Part shown: one piece after another, positions 54,095 to 64,000 of the stretch | How positions within the stretch are numbered: the first letter of the stretch is position 1 | Layout of the letters: each line of letters opens with the position of its first letter | Origin: Octopus vulgaris | Lineage: Eukaryota | Direction: 5' to 3' | Assembly (NCBI GenBank): GCA_951406725.2 | Contig: OX597839.1 | Location: forward strand, 23,746,001 to 23,810,000 | Length of the DNA: 64,000 nt | The notes under the pieces: generated by a model | Told to the model about the DNA's origin: nothing | Database searches by the model: none | The model's input: the letters and a program-made list of their open reading frames with translations, nothing else | Made by a program: the position numbers and the translations under genes

Positions 54095-54739
54095 CACACA
54101 CATTCGCAGAGGGTGAGAGAGAGAGTGACAAAGAGAAAGAGAGGGAGAAACACACATAGTCACAAAGAGAAAGAGAGAGAGAATGAGAGATACACACACA
54201 CACACAAACACACACAGGAACAGAGACACACACACACGCACAACATAAAACAGAAACGAACACACACATGCACAGACACACACACACACACACACACACA
54301 AACAAACACACATTCGCAGAGGGTGATAGAGAGAGAGTGACAAAGAGAAAGAGAGGGAGAAACACACAGAGTCACAAAGAGAAAGAGAGAGAGAATGAGA
54401 GATACACACACACACACACAAACACGCAGGAACAGAGATATACACACACACACAAACAAACACACATTCGCAGAGGGTGAGAGAGAGAGAGTGACAAAGA
54501 GAAAGAGAGGGAGAAACACACAGAGTCACAAAGAGAAAGAGAGAGAGAATGAGAGATACACACACAAACACACACAGGAACAGAGATATACACACACACA
54601 CAAACAAACACACATTCGCAGAGGGTGAGAGAGAGAGAGTGACAAAGAGAAAGAGAGGGAGAAACACACAGTCACAAAGAGAAAGAGAGAGAGAATGAGA
54701 GATACACACACACATACAAACACACACAGGAACAGAGAT

Positions 54740-54770
<31 letters not shown>

Positions 54771-54920
54771 AACACACATTTGCGGAGGGTGAGAGAGAGA
54801 GAGTGACAAAGAGAAAGAGAGGGACGAAACACACAGAGTCACAAAGAGAAAGAGAGAGAGAATGAGAGATACACACACACACACAAACACACACAGGAAC
54901 AGAGATACACACACACACAC
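54095..54920. repeat. Minisatellite, about 150-bp unit built of (CA)/(GA) runs, about 5 copies
   Basis: Recurring CACATTCGCAGAGGGTGAGAG...GTCACAAAGAGAAAG...CAGGAACAGAGATA. Confidence 0.85.
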
Positions 54921-55859
54921 ACACACACATGCACAGACACAAACATAAAAAACCATAAAAAACGCGTTCACAAGCGTGTTCACACATTTACACCTAAACA
55001 CAAACATGTAAAAAGGGAACTCAGCCATTCACTCCCTCCCTCCCTCCCTCCACGCCACCCGTTCCTCCCCCTCCCCTTCATTTTCACGCAGGACCTCCCC
55101 CCCTTCCTCCTCACCTCCCACCGCCTTATATATTTACCATTCGGTAAAATCCATGAATTCACTCACAGAACAAATTTTTTTTTTTGAATTTATAAATTAG
55201 AAAATAAAATATTTTGGTTAAAAATTTTAAAAAATAACGTAATTAATTTTTATAAAAATTTCATTCAAACCGGTTATTCCTAAAAACAATTCTCAATGAG
55301 ATTTCTACAGAATAAGATTTTGGGGTGGGGGAAGGGCCATTGTCCAACACTTGACTTTTTCGAAAGGAATTTACCGATTCCTTAGAAATGAAGAAATCAA
55401 AGATGAATAGAAAGGTCGACATTCCATTGTAGAAGTCTCCTCTATTTTCTTTCTTTTCTTCTTTCTTCTTGTTTAAACCCCAGGACAATCCTGATCGACC
55501 AAACCTTCCATAATTCAAAGTGGTTCCAACCATGGCTCTCCTGTTTTATTTTCCTCATATACAGGACACCTGTCATATTATTTAATCTAGCCTTTCTGTT
55601 GCTAAAACACTAGGTTGTGATTTGAATGTTGTTGTTGCTGTTGTTGTCTTCAGTCATCCCTGATCTTGTATGATCAAAGACAATGCCACTGTCTTCATTA
55701 CCAGCATCCACTACAATCTGTGGAGTGATTGGCATCAGGAAGGTCATCCAGCTGTCAAAGCCAAACCAAAACAGACAATTAGAACCTGGTGCATTCCTCT
55801 GGCTGGCCAGCTCCTGTCGGACCATCCAACCCATGCCAGCATGGGAAACGGACTTCAAA

Positions 55860-56220
55860 TGAGGATGATGATGATGATGATGACAACGACAATAGTGGTG
55901 GTGATAATGATGATGATGATGATGACGATGACAATGATGATGATGGGGATGATGATGATGATGATGAGGATGATAATGACAATGAGGATGGTGATGGTGG
56001 TGGTGATGATGATGAGGAGGCGGAGGAAGAGGATAATGATGACGATGTTGGTGATGATGATGATAATAACAATGAGGAAGAGGTTGATGGCGATGATGAT
56101 GATGATGATGATGATGATGACGAGGAAGAAGAGGTTGATGGTGATGATGATGACGAGGAGGAAGAGGTGGTGATGATGTTGATGACGACGATGATAATAA
56201 TGATGATGGTGGTGATGATG
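55860..56220. repeat. (GAT/GAG)n expanded SINE tail
   Basis: Directly follows a family C 3' end. Confidence 0.9.
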
Positions 56221-57360
56221 ATAATACATCCATACAGGCTATGTGGGGATGGGCATGTCAAAGAATAAACGCAACATTTCCTCTGCTTGTAGTAAAAGTT
56301 GACTAAAAACGGTTAAGGTAGAATTTCCACTCTGACCTCATAACACCCTCACCCACAACAACTACCCCAAACCTGCCCATGGGTGGGAAGTGTCATCTGC
56401 CAGGAGTATCAGGGATTCACCAACAAATGGTGAATACAGCAATGCACTGTCATGGCACATTCCCCCGCCCCATCACCCCACCCCACTATACATAAATACA
56501 TACTAGTGCTGCCTGACTGGCACACAAAATGTACCATTCTAGCATGCCCGATGCCAGTGCCACTTGACTGGCACCCATGCTGGTGGCACGTAAAAAGCAC
56601 CATTCAAGTGTGGTTGATGCCGATGCTGCCTGACTAGCTCCTGTGCCAGTGGCGCATAAAATACACCATTCGAGTATGGTTGATGCCAGTACTGCCTGAC
56701 TGGCTCCTGTGCCAGTGGCACACAAAAGCACCCACTACACTCACAGAGTAGTTGGCGTTAGGAAGGGCATCCAGCTGTAAAAACTTTGCCAGTTCAAATT
56801 GGAGCCCGGTGCAGCCTAATGGCATACCAGTCCTCAGTCAAACCATCCAACCCATGCCAGCACGGAAAGCGGATGTTAAACGATGATAATACTGTTGTAT
56901 GGAGATTGGTACATCAAAGAACAGACCCAACGTTTCCTATGCATGTCACAGAAGGTGACTCAAAGAGACTGAGGTAGGATTTGCTCTCCAACCTCGAAAA
57001 AACCCCTCACCAGCAATGACTGACCCTTTAAACAGACCCATGGTTTGGAGGGTTATCACCTGAGTAGGGCGAAAGTGTCATCCACCAGGTGTTGTAGGGC
57101 ATCACCAACAAATGATGGGGTGCAGCAATGCACTATTACAATGCATGCTCTTCTACAACAACTACATACGTGTGCATGTGTGTGCATACATACGTGTGCA
57201 TGTGTGTGCATACATGCATGTGTGTATGCATATACGTGTGAGTGCACAACTTCCCAGCTCGACTGAAGCATCCCCCACCCTCTCTTCTAAAGTATGTGTC
57301 GTCACGCAGCTCCTCCACAGCAAGAAACCTCTTCTGCTCCGGCCCCTTTCTCCCTCCCCC

Positions 57361-57680
57361 CATCATCATCATCATTGTTCGACCGTGGTCGAGACAATGG
57401 AATTTAGCATGCTACGCCAGACTTCACGGTCCATCATGGCATTACGGAGGTCCTGTTGCTGGATGCCTGTATCCATGGAGATTACATCAGGGTAGGAGAG
57501 TGTGCGCCCTCTGGTGTTGCAGTAGATGGCTTCCAGAGGAGAAGAGTAGAAATTACCTCTTTTTCAGCTCTACAACAATGTCCAGCAAACTGGACTCTCC
57601 TACCTTTCACAAGAGATGACACAGGTGGTAGTTTCCCATATATTTGCATTTTGGTTGGATGGCGCTTCCACGAGAGATTT
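57361..57680 (-). mobile_element. RTE-clade LINE 3' end
   Basis: Minus strand reads WKRHPTK.QIYGKLPPVS..KGRRVQFAGHC.R..LLLWKP...AMMDREVWRSM..STTVEQ*, then a (TGA)n tail. Confidence 0.8.
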
Positions 57681-58682
57681 TACCCTTCCCTTCTCCTCAT
57701 TCTCTTAGCATAAACTTGCCCCACCTCCATCTCCGTACAGTTTATAACCTTGCAAGCTGCATGGGGACCTCACTAATGCTGGTGGCACAAAGCGCTCAGT
57801 GCATGTAGCAAAGTGAGAGACATTAGGGAGGGCATCCAATGCTAGAAACCATGTAAAATCAGGCACTGGCACATGAAGCAGTCCCTGGGCCAATCGGTTC
57901 CCTTCAAACCATCCAATCCATGTCAGTCTGGAGCATGGATGTTAGTTGATGATGATGATATATCCATATATATACTTATATACATACACACATAGGGACA
58001 AGCGTGGCTGTGTGGTAAAATGCTTGCTTCTTAGCCACATAGTTCTGGGTTCAATCCCACTGCATGGCACCTTGGGCAAGTGTCTTCTGCTATAGCCTCG
58101 GGTGAACTAAAGCTTTGTGAGTGAATTTACTAGATGGAAACTGAAGCACGCCAGTCATACATACATACATATATATATATATATACATATACATATATCA
58201 TCATCATCATCACTATCATCATTTAACGTCCGCTTTCCATGCTAGCATGATGTCATGTATATGTGTGTGTGTGTGTGTTTGTCTCCCCTCACCATCATTT
58301 GACAAATGATGTTGGTGTGTTTATGTCCCTGAAACTTAGTGGTTCAGCAAAGTAACCAATAGAATAAGTACCAGGCTTACAAAGAACAAGTCTTGGGGTC
58401 AATTTGTTCAACTAAAGGTGGTGCTCCGGCATGGCTACAGTCAAATGACTGAAACATGTAAAAGAATATATACATATATGTATGTATGTATATATACATA
58501 TAAATATATACACACGCGCGATGACAGGTTTCTTCCAGTTTCCATCTACCAAATCCACTCACAAGGCTTTGGTTGGCCCAAGACTATACTAGAAGACACT
58601 CGCCCAAGATACCATGCAGTGGGACTGAACCTGGAACCATGTGGTTGGGAAGCAAGCTTCTTACCACACAGCCACACCTGCA

Positions 58683-58722
<40 letters not shown>

Positions 58723-58824
58723 TGCACACACATATATATGAATACACACACACACATATATGCATATGCATGTATGTAAGTATACACACATGGACATATC
58801 ATACTCTCTTTACTCTTTTACTCT

Positions 58825-59209
58825 TTTCCTTGTTTCAGTCATTTGACTGCGGCCATGCTGGAGCACCGCCTTTAGTCGAGCAAATCGACCCCGGGACTTA
58901 TTCTTTGTAAGCCCAGTACTTATTCTATCGGTCTCGTTTGCCGAACCGCTAAGTGACGGGGACGTGAACACACCAGCATCGGTTGTCAAGCAATGCTAGG
59001 GGGACAAACACAGACACACAAACATATATATATATACATTTATATGATGGGCTTCTTTCAGTTTCCGTCTACCAAATCCACTCACAAGGCATTGGTCGGC
59101 CCGGGGCTATAGCAGAAGACACTTGCCCAAGATGCCGCGCAGTGGGACTGAACCCGGAACCATGTGGTTGGTTAGCAAGCTACTTACCACACAGCCACTC
59201 CTGCGCCTA
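58825..59209 (-). mobile_element. SINE family A copy (intronic)
   Basis: Full length; older copies adjacent at 57995-58460(+) and 58522-58685(-). Confidence 0.85.
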
Positions 59210-59397
59210 TTTGTATATGTATTTAAAACGAGCGTTTTCTGCAGGTGTGTTTAAAACAGACCTGTTGTGTCATAGTACAGGAAGCTCATGTTTACAGCAC
59301 AATGACCATAAATAGACTTTTGATAATAAATTGATTAATTAAGCATTCATTAAATTGAAATAGACTCCCAGAAGTTCTAAAACAAAGCAAATTAGAA

Positions 59398-60110
59398 TGT
59401 CACCACCACCACAACTATTACCCCTACCACAACCATCACAACTACCACCACCACAACAGCCACCAACTACTACCACCACAAGTGCCATCAGCACCACCAC
59501 CACCACCACCACCACCACCATGACCACCACCACCACAACCACTACCACCACCATTACCAATTATCACCACAGCCACCAACACCACAACTATTACCCCTAC
59601 CACAACCATCACAACTACCACCACCACAAGCACCACCAACTACTACCACCACAAGTGCCATCAGGAGCAGCAGCAGCACCACCACCACCACCACAACAAC
59701 CACTATCACCACTGCCACTATCACCATGACCACCACCACCACGATACCACCATCACAACAACCACTACCACCACGATCACCAACTATCACCACCACTACC
59801 ACCACAACTATCACCACTGCCACCACCACCATCACCACAACCACTACCACCACCACCACCACCAATTATCACCACAGCCACCACCACCACAACTATTACC
59901 ACTACCACAACCATCACAACTACCACCACCACAAGCACCACCAACTACTACTACCACCACCACCACCAGAACCATCACAACAACCACTACCACCACCATC
60001 ACCAACTATCACTACAGCCACCACCACTACCACCACAACTATCACCACTGCCACAACCATCACAACCACCACCACCACCACCACCACTACTAAAACAACA
60101 AGCACCACCA
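59398..60110. repeat. (CCA/CTA)n cryptic triplet repeat with internal duplications
   Basis: Direct reading. Confidence 0.9.
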
Positions 60111-60622
60111 TCAGTTGCGTAAAACTCCGGTGGGGAATGTTGTATATCATTTAAAATGGATCTGTTAATTTTAAAATTTAAAATATCCAAAAATAAAACA
60201 TGGATTCCAAGCGTTTGTCAGGGACGTTCAAAAGTTCTGCCAGACACGAACAAGAAATTAATTCCCAGTTTCCAATCTTGTCGAGGAATCTTTTGTTCCC
60301 AATGTTTTAAAGCTAAACAAAAGATCCAACATACAAAGAATTTCCGTAAATCTTAATTAAAATTTGGTTTTCTTTTAATGTTAATTCCTCGTTTAGAATT
60401 ACATCTGTCAAGAGACTTTGGAAATGGTGATTAAATAGATTTCAGTGCAAATGGGGAAATTATGTGTGTGTGTATGTGTGTGTGTGTGCATGCGTGTGTC
60501 AATGTGTGTGTGAGAGTGTGTCTCTGTCTGTGTCTGAGTGAATCTAAGTCAATATATATTTATGCGTGTGTGTGTGTGTCTATGTGTATGTGTGTATGCC
60601 TATATATATATATATATATATA

Positions 60623-60843
60623 TGAGGGGATGCTGCAAAAGTTCCTAGCTTTGGGTAAAAGAAAATACAGGAGGATCAGTTAATTATGATTTTATTCAAC
60701 ATATTCCCCTCCTCTCAGATTCACACACTTATTACAGTGGTCCTTCAGCTTTTCTAATCCCTATAAAAGAACTCAGAAGGTTGGGCCTCCAGCCAGGCCT
60801 TTTGTGATACCCTTAAAGCCAGGAAATTTTCAGTACTCCCTTG
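60623..60843. mobile_element. mariner-type MITE
   Basis: Imperfect TIRs GAGGGGATGCTGCAAAAGTTCCTAGCTTT / AAAGCCAGGAAATTTTCAGTACTCCCTT within (TA)/(TG) repeats. Confidence 0.65.
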
Positions 60844-60859
60844 TGTGTGTGTGTGTGTG

Positions 60860-60981
<122 letters not shown>

Positions 60982-61220
60982 CATATATATATACACACAC
61001 ACACAAGCGAACACAAATGCACATATACATAACTATATATATTCACATATATATAAATATAGAGGCATAGGTAGGGGGGTTGGTGGGTGAACATATGTAT
61101 AAACAACACACATAAGTGAGCATGTGCATGTGTGTGTGTGTATGTGTGTGTGTATATATATATACACACACACATATATTTTTGTATAGGTATGTATGTC
61201 TGTAAACATATATGCATATG

Positions 61221-61260
<40 letters not shown>

Positions 61261-61269
61261 CTCTTTCAC

Positions 61270-61677
61270 TATTTTACTTGTTTCACTCATTTGACTGCGG
61301 CCATGCTGGAGCACCGCTTTTAGTCGAGCAAATCGACCCCGGGACTTATTCTTTGTAAGCCCAGTACTTATTCTATCGGTCTCTTTGGCCGAACCGCTAA
61401 GTGACGGGGATGTAAACACGCCAGCATCGGTTGTCAAACAATGCTAGAGTGACAAACACAGACACACAAACATATACACACACATACATATATACATATA
61501 TATACATATATACGACAGGCTTCTTTCAGTTTCCGTCTACCAAATCCACTCACAAGGCTTTGGTTGGTCCGATGCTATAGCAGAAGACACTTGCCCAAGA
61601 TGCCACGCAGTAGGACTGAACCCGGAACCATGTGGTTGGTTAGCAAGCTACTTACCACACAGCCACTCCTGCGCCTA
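61270..61677 (-). mobile_element. SINE family A copy (intronic)
   Basis: Full length. Confidence 0.85.
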
Positions 61678-63347
61678 TGTATATTTTTTTATTAATATTT
61701 AGCAGATGCCCCACTGTGACTCAAGGTCCGAGAGTTTTTATGTGCTGGCGCTGTAATTCAGTAAGTGCCAACGCACAAAACTCTCAGCCCTCAAGTCACT
61801 CTGCTGCTTCTGCTAAATATTAAAAAAAAAATATGTGCTCCAGCATGACCACAGCCACATGGCTGAAACTAGTAAAAGAGTATATATTCTTATTTTCAGT
61901 TCTATTCCTCCTGCTGGCATCAACATACCTATATGTATATACTTACATATACCTACATATATGCATACATATACAAAAAGGGTGAAATATAATTAATTTA
62001 ATAAAATTAATAAATTTCACCTAGTAGTTTTTTCGGTATGGAAAAGACCATATTTGGTAAGAATTATATTAATTATAATAAAGGGTTAATTGCAGCAAGT
62101 TGCTCAAAACCACATACCGAAAATATTAGAAATAGCAGCCAAATAGATCATTATTTCTACTACCATCTTTGCCATATACGGGTTGCAAATTCTGTTTGTT
62201 TGTTTGTGGAGACTTTTTTTAATGGTAGTAGAAATAGTGATCTATTTGGCTGCTATTTCTAATATTTTCGGTATGTGGTTTTGAGCAACTTGTTGCAATT
62301 AATCCTTTATTATAATTAATATATGCATACATATATACATATATACATGCATCCACACACACACACACCCTAATTACTATGAAATGACTTGGTGACGAAC
62401 ATGCTTCATTGCATGTGATAAGGTACCAATCACTGCTTTGTGATCACCTTTCACAGAATGGTATAAAATTGTGCCATAACATAATGTAGAATACACATAA
62501 CAAGGATATGTCAGTATAATTTGGTAGATACATAACAAATATATTATTGCAAAATATATAAGATGTATAGGCTTGTCTCTTCAGGTGCCAGTGCCACTTA
62601 GAAAGCAGCGGTGCCAGTGATGCATAAGGGCACCCGTGCTGGTGGCACATAAGAAGCACCCAACACACTCTGTTGTGTGGTTGGCATCAGGAAGGGCATC
62701 CAGCCGTAGACACCATGCCACAACAGACAGTTGGAGTCTGGACAATTGCCTGGCTGGCCAGCTCCATGTTGAACCGTCCAACCCATGCCAGTATGGAAAG
62801 CAGATGTTAAATGGTGGTGGTGATGATGATGATGATGATGATGATGATGCTGATTATGATGATGATGGCGAAATCGTTCAATTTAGTACTGTATAAAACA
62901 GTACATTGCAAAATGATACAGTAGAAGATAGAACAAATATTTCCCTTGAATAATACTCTACTGATTAAAAGATTAATTCACAAATGAAATCAGACATGGC
63001 GGACATAGACATAAGAAAATTTGGGGTGGTCATGACTGGAACGACTTATCAAAGCTGAGCTGATACTAAACAACATCAACAATAGACAATATGGTAACAT
63101 AGGAAGATAGCAAGGTGGCAGAAGTGTTAGCACACCAGACAAAATGCATTACAATATTTCGTCGTTTATGTTTTGAGTTCAAATTCTACCAAGATCAACT
63201 TAGCCTTTTATCATTTCAGGGTCAATAAAATAGATACCAGTTATGTACTGGGGGTCAACATAATTGACAAATCCCTTGCCATGAAATTGCTGACCTTATG
63301 CCAAAACTAGAACCCAATATCATAATGTGATAATAATATGTTATTTG

Positions 63348-63580
63348 AAGGCGGCGAGCTGGCAGAAATGTTAGCATGCCGGGCGAAATGCGTAGCCGTA
63401 TTTCGTCTGCCGTTACGTCCTGAGTTCAAATTCCGCCGAGGTCGACTTTGCCTTTCATCCTTTCGGGGTCGATAAATTAAGTACCAGTTACGCACTGGGG
63501 TCGATGTAATCGACTTAATCCGTTTGTCTGTCCTTGTTTGTCCCATCTGTGTTTAGCCCCTTGTGGGTAGTAAAGAAATA
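63348..63580 (+). mobile_element. Young SINE family B copy, 16-bp TSD
   Basis: GATAATAATATGTTAT at 63329-63344 and 63581-63596. Confidence 0.9.
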
Positions 63581-63676
63581 GATAATAATATGTTATAATA
63601 CAGTTGTAGAACTTGCTCAAGGTTTCGATCTTTTATTTAATTTAGCATTTTCTCTTTGTCATTTATTTTTATTCAG

Positions 63677-63810
63677 GCGAAAAACTTGATGGTTTTCGTG
63701 AATATTTGACACAAAAGCTGGAAGCAGACCAGAATAATCAAGAAATGGAGGCCCGCGAAGTGTTGAAGACAATATCTACATTGATACAGCGAGCAAAACA
63801 TGTAAAATGA
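63677..63810 (+). CDS. Neuropeptide precursor coding exon 2 (C-terminal associated peptide, stop)
   Basis: Polypyrimidine acceptor TTTTCTCTTTGTCATTTATTTTTATTCAG|GC; in phase 1 it continues exon 1 as (G)EKLDGFREYLTQKLEADQNNQEMEAREVLKTISTLIQRAKHVK*. Non-repetitive sequence; total CDS 216 nt = 71 aa + stop. Confidence 0.82.
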
Positions 63811-64000
63811 ATTCGGAAACATTCAACAACACGACACAAGTACGAACGTTTCTATTGTATTATCTTATGCTTGTTTCAGCTACCCAGACTGTGGCCATGC
63901 TGGAGCACTGCCTTGTAAGTTTTAGCCGAATGAATCACCCCTAACGCTTATTATTTCCAAAGTCTGGTTCTTATGTTATCGGTCTCTCTTTTGCTGAACT

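Noticed and set aside
55610-56268. Poly-Asp/Glu ORF resembling an acidic biomineral protein
   Set aside because: It is the expanded (GAT)n tail of a family C SINE.
56500-56730. CRISPR-like repeat-spacer pattern (also 34255-34700)
   Set aside because: Eukaryotic context; whole units are degenerate tandem copies with no unique spacers and no cas genes.
59397-60154. Thr/Pro-rich mucin-like ORFs
   Set aside because: Cryptic (CCA)n repeat with frame switches and no flanking splice signals.

Overview
Eukaryotic, AT-rich, microsatellite- and transposon-dense genomic DNA. The SINE families and repeat landscape look like an octopus (coleoid cephalopod) genome; this is recognised from memory, not searched. 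Almost all listed ORFs are microsatellite artefacts. The one convincing host gene is missed by the ORF track: a two-exon neuropeptide precursor on the + strand (CDS 26827-26908 joined to 63677-63810 across a 36,768-bp phase-1 intron). It encodes 71 aa: MKSSCICLVLLLTLCVYQSSA|NYY-GKR|GEKLDGFREYLTQKLEADQNNQEMEAREVLKTISTLIQRAKHVK. This is the layout of molluscan NdWFamide precursors but predicts a divergent tripeptide, NYYamide. The rest is mobile DNA: a near full-length decayed R4/Dong LINE stacked with two other Dong-like 3' ends in a (TAA)n array, a Tx1/L1-like 5' half, piggyBac, mariner, Penelope-like and RTE remnants, many MITEs and tRNA-derived SINEs, a Penelope-associated hammerhead-ribozyme motif, and about a dozen long fold-back hairpins.
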